DNA of 49,960 nucleotides, the filler included, from Catajapyx aquilonaris (taxonomy: Eukaryota), in the NCBI GenBank assembly GCA_000934665.2. It is 3 parts of 3 records of this genome, joined end to end, with 100 filler letters (N's around TTAATTAATTAA, not from the genome) between each part and the next. Parts side by side here need not be neighbours in the genome. Positions count along the whole stretch, not along the records: positions 16,697 to 33,298 come from KZ539650.1; positions 33,399 to 49,960 come from JYFJ02007158.1; 1 more part is not named here. One strand, 5' to 3'. Below, one piece after another: positions 23,201 to 34,451 of the stretch; within the stretch, counting starts at the first letter, position 1; the number at the start of each line of letters is the position of its first letter. The position numbers and the translations under genes were made by a program. The notes under the pieces are model-generated. The model saw only the letters and a program-made list of their open reading frames with translations, did not search any database and was not told where the DNA came from.

Positions 23201-23693
23201 ATCCCAACAAAAACATTTCTGTATAAGAGGGCCAAGTTCTCCTGACTACTTGGCCGTCAAAAGTGGTGAGATCTGAAATACTGCCAAGTTCAACGTCGTA
23301 CTCATTACTGGCATTCTCAAATTCTTCATCCTAAACCACTAGCTTTATTTTTCCAGGTCGACCTTAAGTTTAATCATCAAAAAAATTTAATGGAATTTCT
23401 CTTGCTGTAACTTGGCCATTGCTCTTAAAACATTGAAACAGTTGTAGAATTCAACAATACCTCGGACATGAGCAATGGCCAAGTGACATCAGAAGAAATT
23501 ACATTAAAATTTTTTGATGATCAAACTTAAGGTCAACCTGGAAAAATAAAGCTAGTGGTTTAGGTTGAAGAATTTGAGAATGCCAGTAATGAGTACGACG
23601 TTGAACTTGGCAGTATTTCAGATCTCACCACTTTTGACTGCCATGCAGTCAGGAGAACTTGGCCTTTTTTTACAGAAATGTTTTTGTTGGGAT
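23201..23693. mobile_element. Foldback element with ~225-bp arms
   Basis: ATCCCAACAAAAACATTTCTGTA...ACTTGGCCATTGCTC inverted as GAGCAATGGCCAAGT...TACAGAAATGTTTTTGTTGGGAT. Confidence 0.85.
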
Positions 23694-24179
23694 CTCATCT
23701 CTTTTTGTAGGCAGGAGTGTAGGATAATTATATAAGATATAGCTCGGGGAGCCCCCTACGGTTGGGCGTGGAAGGAATGGTCCGTATGTACTACTCTCTC
23801 TTTTCTTATGATTAGGTATGATTTTCTTCTGCTTTCTCATAGTACGCTTCCTTTTTTTCTGTTCTGGTTGTGCGAATTGGACATCTGCTACACCTGATCG
23901 CATAGCCCATTCGAGATCCTTAACCACTTCTGTCGATGCCGTATTAGCCCTTTTGAGTATGGATAAGTCTGGTCGGTAAATAGATTTCAATCTATCGTAC
24001 TCCAGAATAGCAGAGCAGACTCTTGAGCCGTGTTGTTAGTAAAGGAGGCATTGATGAGATGCGCTCCGTTGAGACTTTTTTTTTTTTTATTCTTATTCTT
24101 ATAATATTATTATTATTATTATTTTATTTATTATAATATATACAGTTATTATAATTATACAGTTTTCTATTTAACTTCA

Positions 24180-24435
24180 ATCTCCGTGCAAGGACTGGTT
24201 CAGGATATAGGGTAGGGAAAGGGATTGTTGGGGAGGGGACACTTGTGCAGGTGCATTGTCTAGGCTTTTGGGCCATGTGCAGTCCCCCAGGAGGTTAGGT
24301 TGCCAGACACCTCCTTGGTGCAGGTCAGAGACCCTCCCGACGCAGGTGAAAGGAAGTTCCCCAGGCGGGGATCGAACCTGGGGCCTTTCACTCAGCAAGC
24401 CGAGACGTTATCATCTCGGCCACAACACCTCCCCC
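24180..24435 (-). mobile_element. tRNA-derived SINE, same family as 26605-27096
   Basis: Minus strand GGGGAGG..TGGCCGAGATG (A box) ... GGTTCGATCCC (B box); body aligns with 26940-27096. Confidence 0.75.
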
Positions 24436-24705
24436 GATTATTATAGTATTATTATGGGAATTTGAAAGTAATAAAAAGTAATCCGTGGTAAAAATGCCGT
24501 ATCTGGTAACCAGCCGCAGTCTTTGTAAAAAAAAAAATTTTTTTGAGCATTTAGACTCAAAAAAGTGTTTTGTTTGACAAGGTCTACCAGAATACCAAAT
24601 TTCAGCACCCCAGGACCACTGGAAGTTCCCTTTAATTTTGATGATCAGTCAGTGAGTGAGTGAGTGTCATTTTTTGGCCGTTTTGGGAGTTTTTAGGATT
24701 TTTAG

Positions 24706-25228
24706 GGGCAAGAGTCATGGGTGTATTAAAACAACGCAGCATGGCGTAAGTAACGAACAATTAGGTTTTTTAAAAATTACACTACACAGAGAAAGATATG
24801 CCATTTATGGATCGAGGTCCAAAAAAGTCACTTCTTGAAAACAACACCGGATAGATATCCACCTGAGCAACACATATTCCTCCAAACGCGCCAGACGAAA
24901 CCCTTCACAATGCGCTCCAGCATGTCCAGGGAAACGTTTCTCACGGCATGTCTTATCTGATCCTTAAGATCAGCCAATGACTGAGGACGTGTGGCGAACA
25001 CCAAACTCTTCAGGTACCCCCACAAGAAGTTGAGGGCAGTCAAATCCGGCGACCACGGCAGCCATGGAATGTCCCCAAATCTCCAGGATCTCCAGGAAAC
25101 ATTTGAACTTCTAATTTGTTTGGTGTTTGCCACACCTCCTCAGTCATTGGCTGATCTTAAGGCATGTGAGAAACATTCCCCTGGACATGCTGGAGTGCGT
25201 AATGAAGGGTTTCGTATGGTGCTTGGGG

Positions 25229-25296
<68 letters not shown>

Positions 25297-25737
25297 GATA
25301 CCCCGTGATAGGCCCCTTGGGCCTCTTAGGGGATCATCTTTTGAATAACCGACTTTAATCATTTGCCTGTAATGTGATGGATTTTGATAGTGGGAGGAAA
25401 CGGGAGAACCCCGAGAAAACCCACGCGAACACGGAGAGAACCCATCGAAACTCTATCCCCATAAGTATCCTCCGTCCGACCCGGGGATCGAACTCGGGAC
25501 CTTAGAGGTGGAAGGCTGCGGCGCTAACCACTCGGCCACCGTGTCGCCCTTGGGGGAATAATATGTTGCCTGCAAAAGTGGACATCTATCGAGTGTTGTT
25601 TTCAAGAAGTGGCTTTTTTGGACCTCGATCCATAAATGGCATATCTTTCTCCGTGTAGTGTAATTTTTTTCAAATATTGTTCGTTACTTACGCCATGCTG
25701 CGTCGTTTTAATTTGCCTGTGACTTTTGCCCACCCTG
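24706..25737. mobile_element. Palindromic element built from two inverted 3' ends of a Tc1/mariner transposon, with a SINE inserted
   Basis: Minus strand 24828-25090 encodes WLPWSPDLTALNFLWGYLKSLVF...GGYL (Tc1/mariner C-terminus); 24706-25009 is inverted at 25119-25230 plus 25550-25737; right end CCCACCCTG|TA. Confidence 0.85.
25237..25548 (-). mobile_element. tRNA-derived SINE with a V/Meta-like central domain and (TAT)n tail
   Basis: A box TGGCCGAGTGG, B box AGTTCGATCCC, central TCTCTCCGTGTTCGCGTGGGTTTTCTCGGGGTTCTCCCGTTTCCTCCCAC; 15-bp TSD CTTGGGGGAATAATA. Confidence 0.88.
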
Positions 25738-25914
25738 TAGTATATTATAGGAGAACTATTTGGTTGCAATAGAAAGCAGTGCACTGTTGGCTTGGTTTCA
25801 ATGTTCATGGAGAATGCACTTCAATAAACCTTGCATTCCAGGCCATGATATGTATTGCCAATGTATATTGAATGAATGTTTATGCAGCAATTGGTTCTGA
25901 CCATTGCATTTCAG

Positions 25915-26023
25915 GGAGAAGGTTGAGCCCACAAAGCGAGAGAATAACAGCGGACGTGATTCGCAATCATCATGCCCCCCACAGAAGAAACTTAAACTAG
26001 GGGTTGAGGGAGCAGTGCCATGA
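25915..26023 (+). CDS. Candidate exon 4 of the MRG15-like gene, ending at an in-frame TGA
   Basis: Acceptor TGCATTTCAG in a compatible phase gives EKVEPTKRENNSGRDSQSSCPPQKKLKLGVEGAVP*; the same frame continues as PQTLPSTSASEPTAP to a possible GTATGC donor at 26070. Confidence 0.55.
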
Positions 26024-26604
26024 CCTCAAACGCTTCCAAGTACTTCCGCATCTGAACCAACGGCGCCACGTATGCCAACTTGAGTTGTCTTTCACCGCCA
26101 GATATAATTTTTGTACTTAAAAATTTTTGAACAATCATTTATTAAAATGCTTTCCCCTCTAGTCAGTTCATAACTTCATTGATATGTCTCTGTCAGCCTG
26201 GTCCCCAGGCACTGGTGTGTAGGCAGGCAGCACCCTTTTCATACTGGGTTACATCCATCATTCATACACAATCATCAAGGCATAGTCCCATGATGAGGTA
26301 GTCAGGGATGACCAGGTCATACGACCCAGGCATCTCAATTAACCAATTCATGAGAATCCTCTGATGACTGGTCAGGTGTCCTGATGTGTCTTGTTTTAAT
26401 TATGCACGTCCTGAAGTGGTAAAACAGCCCACAAATACTACCCGTGAAAAGGTTCTGAATGGGAAAATCGCACGCCTTGGTTCGTTACTTTTTTTCTTGG
26501 TTTGTTACCGAGAGTTTTGTTGCGCTACGTTCCAAAGCCTAGTCGAGTCTTTCAATAGTTCCCTCCTAACACAACACAGGAACACACTAACTGCAATGTC
26601 ACTT

Positions 26605-27096
26605 CTTTTTTTTTTTACGATACCCTGTGATAGGGCTGGAGGACCTCTTAGGGGGTGGAATACCACCCCCCATCTTTCGTTCAATTTTTCAATTATTTTC
26701 TTCAAACACCGGGCAGGGATGAAAGGATATGGGTAAGGGTAGGGATTTCTAGGGGAGGCCACACAGGTATCAACAGTCCAAAAGGAACTGTCCCAGTCAT
26801 CCTGACGTGTGGGCTGGCCGCTCGACACACACCATGTAAGTTACATGGTGTGTGTCGAGCGGGAAGCACACACATCAGGATGACTGGGACAATTCTTTTT
26901 GGGCTGATGATACAAGTGCAATCTCAGAAAAGGGTTATGTGCAGTTCCCCAGGAGGCTAGGCTGCCAAGACGCCACCTAGACGCAGGCCAGAGACCCACT
27001 GACGCAGGTGAAACGGAAATTCCGGGCAGGGATCAAACCCGAAACCTTCCACACATCAAGCCGAGACATTACCATCTCGGCCGCCACGCCTCCCCA
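26605..27096 (-). mobile_element. tRNA-derived SINE containing a nested ~125-bp palindromic MITE (26778-26901)
   Basis: A/B-box head, shared 3' stem-loop tail, TSD CAATGTCAC; internal palindrome TGTCCCAGTCATCCTGA...TCAGGATGACTGGGACA. Confidence 0.8.
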
Positions 27097-27205
27097 CAAT
27101 GTCACATATAACCACCCACAGACCACCCATAACACAATTAAACCATTAATATTGGGGCATTAGCAGAGTTGCCACCTTGTGTGCTCCCATGAAACGGCTG
27201 AATTA

Positions 27206-28059
27206 CAAGGGTGGTTCAATATATAGGGTGGTCGGTAAGTGGCGCACAAGCTTCAGGTAGCGAGATTCCTTGTGAAAAACCAGTACAGTAAAACTTCTAT
27301 AAGTCGAATCTCCATGGGACCGGGAAAAAACTTCGAGTTAGGGAAGTTTGGACTTGTTAAGCACATAACTCTATAAGGAAGCCTACCTTTACATCCAGTG
27401 ACGAAAGGTGTTCAAAACTTAAAAATAACTGTCACCATCACACTTGCAATCCTCGTTGTTTTGTTGTAAAAAATCTCTGTTATGGAATTTTCATCCTCTT
27501 AGATTCAAGGATTAGGGATCGGGATTAGGATCAAGAAAATAGGGCTCTGGGCCCTAAGGAGATGGCACATTGATATGAGATACATGATGGTTGCTATGAA
27601 AACAGCAACTTTCCAATACCTTCTTCGAACTTGGAAACACTGAGTGTAGAAATCTTTAGGGGCCAAATCAGGATGGGCAGGGAGTTCCCAACCAAAATTT
27701 ACAATGGCGGCTGATTGAGGCCAGGTGGGGGCGGACATTGTCATCAAAAAAAATTACCCCAATGGTGAGGAGACCTGAACTATTGTGACAAAATGGAGAT
27801 TTCAGTTAGTCCAACATTCGGCAATAAGTTTGATTGCTGATTGTTTTTACTGTGTCTATAAAATCAAGCAGAACCGGAGCCCACTTTTTGTGGCGAGCTT
27901 TTGTTGATTAATCAGGTGCGCATGCGGTCATACCAGAACGGCGATGCACAATATGTGACCTTGAGATGTGTGGCTACTTTTACGTATGCACCACATAACC
28001 GCTCTAAATGTTTTCTCGATATGGCAGACCCGGGAAACTTACTTATTAAACCACCCTTG
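27206..28059 (-). mobile_element. Degenerate, internally deleted mariner element
   Basis: TA|CAAGGGTGGTTCAATA ... TATTAAACCACCCTTG|TA; minus-strand FGWELPAHPDLAPKDFY resembles the mariner GWEVLPHPPYSPDLAPSDF motif. Confidence 0.75.
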
Positions 28060-28153
28060 TACTATTATGAGGGTGAATAGGAGTTGACTGCATTAAATGT
28101 GGTACAGAGAACAAAGACGGTTTCTACCCTGTCATGAGGCAATTCGCCATTAA

Positions 28154-29378
28154 CTCCTTCTCTACCAGGTAATCCCAAACCACATAGATTTTGGATTATG
28201 TGTACACCAAAGATACGGACAAGATATTTTACAAATAATAACAGCTATACTTACCATGTTCAGGGAAAACACTATGAATGTGTCTGGAACCATTTTACTC
28301 CTGTAGAAGTCCCTAAATCAATTTCCAAAAAAAATAGCTATAAAAACTGGAAATTCGAGCACTGCCGACCAACTGTTAGGCTGATTTAATTATAAAATGC
28401 GTGAAAATATGAGGAATAACAATCTTGAGATCCATGGCAGACGAATTTGATGAATTCATAGTACTTTGCGAGAAATAAATTAATACTTATTTGAGGATTT
28501 CTGGCACTTCGGAAAATTCCCAAATTTATTTGTTATTTTCCAAAGTGCCAGAAAGCCACAAATAAGTATTATTTTATTTCTCTCAAAGTACAATGAGTTC
28601 AGCAAATTCGTTTGGCATGGTTCTCTAGGTTGTTATTCCTCATATTTTCATGCATTTCATAGTTAAATCAGACTAACAGTTGGTCAGCAGTACTTGGATT
28701 TCCAGTTTATTTATTTATGTATTTATTTATTTATTTTTGGTACCCCCTGAGACCTAGCGGNNNNNNNNNNNNNNNNNNNNNNNNNNGAGAGAGATCGCCT
28801 CCGTTTTCTATGCGAAATTACTTCCGCATGATTTTTCTTTCTCTCCGGTGCGGGGGACAGGGATGGGATAAAGAGGGAGGGACAGTGGTGCAGTGCATTG
28901 TCTTGTGGTGGGCGCCGTGTGCAGTCCCTCAGGGGGCCAAGCTTGAGATACCCCCCTAGGCGCAGGCCCGAAATTCCCCACCGACACCGCACCTCCTGCA
29001 GGGCAGGGAAAGAAGGTAGCGGCTGTGGCCTATGTTATGGTACGATCACAGAAATTTCCTGGGGTAAACCTGGAAAACCAGAGAACACCAAGGTCAGGAT
29101 CGCCGGCCTCCGGGACTCGAACCCAGGACCTCCCGATTAGCAGTCGGACACCATATCCACTCCACCACTACTGCTTCGGTCTTGGAATTCCAGTTTTTAT
29201 AGCCTTTTTTGGAAATTAATTTAGGGACTTCTAGAAGAGTAAAATTGTTCCAGACACATTCATAGTGTTTTCCCTGAACGTGGTAAGTATAGCTGTTACT
29301 ATTTGTAAAATATCTTGTCCGTATCTTCGAATTAATCCAAAATTTTCTTGGTTCGGGCCTATCTGGTCAGCAAAGAGG
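28154..29378. mobile_element. Long foldback MITE (possibly piggyBac-related, TTAA at left end) interrupted by a SINE
   Basis: Inverted arms such as AAGATACGGACAAGATATTTTACAAATA / TATTTGTAAAATATCTTGTCCGTATCTT; homologous to 8255-8840. Confidence 0.75.
28710..29180 (-). mobile_element. tRNA-derived SINE, same head family as 48851-49161
   Basis: Minus strand ACCGAAGCAG..TGGTGGAGTGG...GGTTCGAGTCCC; near-perfect 16-bp TSD CTTGGA(T/A)TTCCAGTTT; (TAAA)n tail; contains a short N run. Confidence 0.8.
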
Positions 29379-30343
29379 TCAAAAGTGCTAAGTTATGAAT
29401 ATTGTGATGTCTGCAGGCATTTCAAGAACACCCCTGAACTCTTCATCTTGATATAATATTGTTTATAGTCCCCTGCATGCTCCATCTGAGTCACTGGCTG
29501 AAAATAATGAAAATAAGGCATTTCCATTCATCTTTCCCTCCCTCCCTTCAATCTGTTTCGAATGGGTGCATGCAGCTGGGCATGTCACCACAGACTATCA
29601 CAATAACTCATACTTCATCACTTTGATTGGCTCTATAGCTGCCAGAGGCTCCTGGTGTCCCCAGTACAACACCATTAATATCAAGCCCTGCACAATCCAA
29701 GATCGAGCCCTAATATAATTTTACACAACTTTGCTTTCAAATGGGTCACTGACAACAATTTCAACATTGATCTCGAATCTCGATTGTCTGATGACCCATC
29801 ATCCTTGCATCCCTTTACCGTGTGGTGCGTCCCAAATGTCCTCCCCACCCACGTCTTCTTCACCAGCCACTGCTCTCTTCTCTCAACACCTTTGACCCAC
29901 AATTCCTCTTCAGCTCCAGAGAGAAAGGCCATTAACCTCGCAAGTCTGATTGGCCGTGTCCCAGCTTCACTTCACTGTGCGCAGGACCACCCACAGTCAT
30001 CAGTGGGCTCCCAATGATGAGAACTCCTCACCACCCAAGGTTCTTGTTGGTCGGAACTTCTCCAGTACAAGATCCAGGTTGTCGCGCAGTCCTGCTCACA
30101 GCCTGCCCACAGTCATCCAATGATATAGTCTTAACTGCTCCTCCTCCTAACACAACAGACGGCAGACACGGAGTCAAAACTCTAGAGTGTAAGAGAGAGA
30201 AAATTGGATTAATCCCTAAAAATAATCGTCAACTCAAGCTAAGAGCCCAATACTAACGATGAGCATTTCTGTGCTATAATCCTCGACTTACTTAGGCTAC
30301 ACTTACATTTGTACACTTGAGATGCAAGGACATGAGGGGAATA

Positions 30344-30587
30344 ATAATAATAATAATAATTGGGTGATAGGCATACCCCTAGGGGTTTTCTGCCAGACCT
30401 TTATTTATTTTTGAGGTGTTTTTACAACTTGGAATCCTATTTTTACATTGCCCGGGCCCACGGGCAGGATGACAGGAGGGGATGTGCAAGTGCAGTGCCT
30501 TGTCTGAAATGTGGTCGTTTTGTGAGCTCCCCCGGGTGGATTAGTCTATGGAAATTCCACCGGAGACGAAGTCAGAGACGACTCTTA
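30344..30587 (-). mobile_element. 5'-truncated non-LTR retro-insertion
   Basis: 14-bp TSD ACATGAGGGGAATA at 30330 and 30588; (TAT)n tail. Confidence 0.7.
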
Positions 30588-31678
30588 ACATGAGGGGAAT
30601 ATGTATAGGCATTAGCTCTTGGTATAGGGATGGAGAAATGTATTGAATGCTGGGAATAAGAGCACCAGACTGTATCTCTCTTGATTTAGACAAGTAACAA
30701 TTTAACAAGTCAGGAACTTCTATGACTGGAAAGTAAGGTGACTTTTTTAAATGCAGGTTGATGGCACACACTTCAGTTGCTGCATACAAGATGTAATTTG
30801 TGACACTTGCATATCTAAAATTTAAACATTAAAAATCCAGCTGAATCTGGATATTATAGCCCCAGCTATAACAGACTTTCAGTTATAACAGATTTGAAAA
30901 GCCAGTACCAGCACACTTCCAAATGGCCCTGTGTATTTTTACTCCTAATATAACATACTCATTTTTCACCTAACCTCAGCTATAACATACCATTTCTTGC
31001 CCCCTTGGTGGGAAAATATGCAGCTTTTGATTACTCGAGCTTCCTTTCCTATGCGACGAATGCACTGCATACTGGAGCAGGGATGATTTGCCCATCTGTA
31101 ACAGATCTAGTAAGCTTCCTACTCGCAGGTTTTGCACCTCACTGTTGACTCGAGACACACGTGTGCTCTGTTCAATGTTTCTGAGAGTCTTAATCTTTTT
31201 CTAGCTGGATCACAGAATTGACCTTGGTTCCCATGCTTGGCCTGTGCAGACCCAAGCCTATTCCTGAGTGAGGCAGTTCAGACGAAGGCAGCCAAGATGT
31301 CATGCAGCAAGTTTAAGAGGTGCTCCTTTACACTTGCCAGAAAGGTGCACATCATACTTTTTCTGGAATATTTGGTAACAAGGAGATGGCAGAAGAAAAC
31401 TACACAGTTTTTGGTACACTACTGCATAATTTACAGGTGAGCTAGTCTCGCATTTTTGTGCATAGTTTCATTAATCAGGATGCAGTACCGTAGAATGGGG
31501 GGACTTCAGACACTTTTTGGCAGTTTGTCGGCTGTCCTGTTGTGACACTTTGATGGAAAATTCAGAGTAAATTTACTGAGACAGTATGAAATGTCCTTTA
31601 TTCAAGAACATTAAATTGTCAACATAAAAATTGTTTTTTGGATGTGAAATTAATCATCTTTGCTGTCCAGTCACCCCA

Positions 31679-32689
31679 CTACTATCCGCCCTGGGTTTGA
31701 CTCTAAACAACTCCCAGGCAAATTATATAAAAAAAATAATGGTATGTATCGTTAGAAAGCTTGTTTAAATCCATGTTACATATATGCGAGTTGTTTTCCT
31801 ATCGTCAGTCTCTAATTTTTTATCGTAAAAAGAAGGCGGAAAAGTGACATTTTTGACTAGTTGCCGATGTTACGCCGCAAAGTGAATTTCTTTCTGACAC
31901 TTCCCGAAGTCCAAAAAAATCCTCCTGTGAGCCCAGGATAGTGCAAATCTTTGTCTATCTAATGATATATTTGAAACTGACAAATCGCCATTTGTGTAAT
32001 CATAATTAAGTTAATTTCACACCTCTGTTATCTCGGCTGTTTATAATCCGAATTACTTCGCAAATGTATCGACGGCAAGCCAGAAATGTGCGTGATAAGA
32101 TTATACCGTACTCTATTACACTAAATTTTTTTAAAGTATTTAAAAGTATCGCCGTCTATTCCCGCCAGAAAGCGGGCTGGGTCCTTTTCTATTAAACTTA
32201 TTAAAACAATACTTTTAAAATTTTTAGTGTAATAGAGCATAGTGTAATCTTATCACACACATTTCTGGCTTGCCGTCGATACATTCGCGAAGTAATTCGG
32301 ATTATAAACAGCCTAGATAACAGAGGTGTGCAATTAACTTAATTATGATTACACAAATGGCGATTTGTAAGCTTCAAATATATCATTAGATAGACAAAGA
32401 TTTGCACTATCCAGGGTTCACATGTGGATTTTTTTGGCCTCCTGAAAGTGTCATAAAAAATTCACTTTGCAGAGTAATGTTGGCAACTAGTCAAAAAATG
32501 ACACTTTTCCGCCTTCTTTTTACGATAAAAAATTAGAGACTGACGATAGGAAAACAACTCGCATATAATTATGTAACGTGGATTTAAACAAGCTCTCTAA
32601 CGACACATGCCATTATTTTTTTTTGATAATTTGCCTGGGCGTTGTATAGAGTCAAACACAGGGCTCTATATTAAATAAACGGATAGTAG
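31679..32689. mobile_element. ~1-kb foldback element with ~460-bp inverted arms
   Basis: Arms align throughout, e.g. ATATGCGAGTTGTTTTCCTATCGTCAGTCTCTAATTTTTTATCGTAAAAAGAAGGCGGAAAAGTG and its reverse complement at 32502-32566. Confidence 0.9.
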
Positions 32690-33298
32690 GTGTGGTTGTC
32701 TTAGGATGCCATGGCAACATGATGTGAGGGATGCTGGATATACATGTGTATCAACAGTTCAAAAAGAAATGTCCCGTCGAGCGGGTTACAGTCTGGCCAG
32801 GATAACTTTGACCTCGCTCGTTTACCTCGGCTACTCTTTTCTAGCTGCGTTTACATCGGCTACTCTTTTCTGGCGGAGGCAGTGGTGGTTGAAGGGGGAG
32901 GGGGGATAGAGGGGGCATGAGAGGGGGGGACAACACGAGGTCGAGGTGCAGATAAGAGCCGATTCTGGAAATATTGAAGGGATATAAGTGGCGTGGCATT
33001 GAAGGTCGTGCACCGTACACGCGCGTTTGAATCCAGTGTCTCTCTCTCGGCCCGGATGACATATTATACAGCTCCCTTTATTTCGCCATATGGAAGAAGT
33101 CATGGACATTTTGATCATACCTATTGTCCTTTGCAATGCAATGCAGGGGCAATGCTGTCGCAATAATTGAGCGCCATTCACAGCCATTGCTCATTGCAAA
33201 TGGGAGGTGGGGAGGGGGGAGCGGGGGGTAAAAGTTGATGACAATTTTTTCCCGCGCTTTGGAAACTGTTAAGCGCGGAGACGTGGCCATTACAATTA

Positions 33299-33398
33299 NN
33301 NNNNNNNNNNNNNNNNNNNNNNNNNNNNNNNNNNNNNNNNNNTTAATTAATTAANNNNNNNNNNNNNNNNNNNNNNNNNNNNNNNNNNNNNNNNNNNN
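33299..33398. other. Artificial contig linker N44-TTAATTAATTAA-N44
   Basis: Identical to the spacer at 16597-16696. Confidence 0.95.
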
Positions 33399-34451
33399 AA
33401 TCCGGCGCTGTGCTTACCTACATTTACCAGGTGCCACAGACGCAGAATTACACGCCTTCAAGCAACCAACCCAACAGGTTGTTGATTCAGCTTCTCAATA
33501 TGGCTGCATCAGCAAGCAAAATGACAAAAATCCTGCACATTGCTGCTTCCTGGATGATTTTATAACAGTTTTTGTTTTTGTCCACGGACGTGACTAGAAA
33601 CCTTGGGACAAAATTACTCTTGCAATAAAATTGATGCAATTTGGAATGTAAGGACAAAGAATGCACTAGCCTTTACTTCAGTATTCCTTTCTCCATTACT
33701 CTAATATAAAAAGTGAAATAACATCTCATGCCTTACATAAAAATGGACAAAACTACGAAAGTGAAGGTTGGGACAAGCAACGGATGTGACATGTCACGCT
33801 CTGTGACCTGAAGAAAAATATGGAAGAATTTTCTCGTTAAACTTACATATTTGCTATGTGCCCAGTATTCCGCAAGTTGCAATCTCATATCTTTGCATGT
33901 TATATGGTTTTAAGATGTTATATTAAGTCCAGAAATTAGCTGGGACATGAAATTGCAGGTTTTTTCACTATTTACCCATATGTATCCTGACTTTAGAGTC
34001 ATCCTGTACAACGGTCTCCGCTGCCGGTTATCTCCCCACCTGTACATAAATACGTGCCCAGCCCGTCTCACTTACTGGCCTTCTGCTACCCGATCCGATG
34101 TCCAGCTCAACTTGAGTTAAATTGATCTGTCCCAACCCTCACAGCGTGTAACAAGCAAGCCGAACAATACAAAATGGCCACCGGAACCACTGTCCTGGGT
34201 CTCCCCCACAAAGCGACCGAGTTTGTAGTCCATCCCAGATTTTTTATTCGTGAACAGATTTTAGACACGGTTTTAACACCACTAGGTTGATAATTTGGGA
34301 GTTAAATTGCGTAATTACCACTCACACTTCCGGCCACATGGTTCTAATTTGGTTGTCAAGGCCGTTATCCCGCCAGCGCCGCACGGCGGAAGAAGCGTGA
34401 ACTCTTACGGCTGGTCACGCTTCTCAACGGACGATCCGCGGAAAAAAGAAA

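Noticed and set aside
24991..25362. Poly-Ile and poly-Tyr ORFs
   Set aside because: Translations of the (ATA)n SINE tail.
29650..30290. Possible decayed LINE ORF1 (esterase-like) on minus
   Set aside because: Only faint resemblance (VLIIGS), with many stops; cannot be supported by eye.
30850..31450. Missing MRG-domain exons or a Tigger-like remnant
   Set aside because: No LVDDW, LLYKFER or YGAPHLLRL motifs found; the Tigger similarity is too weak to call.
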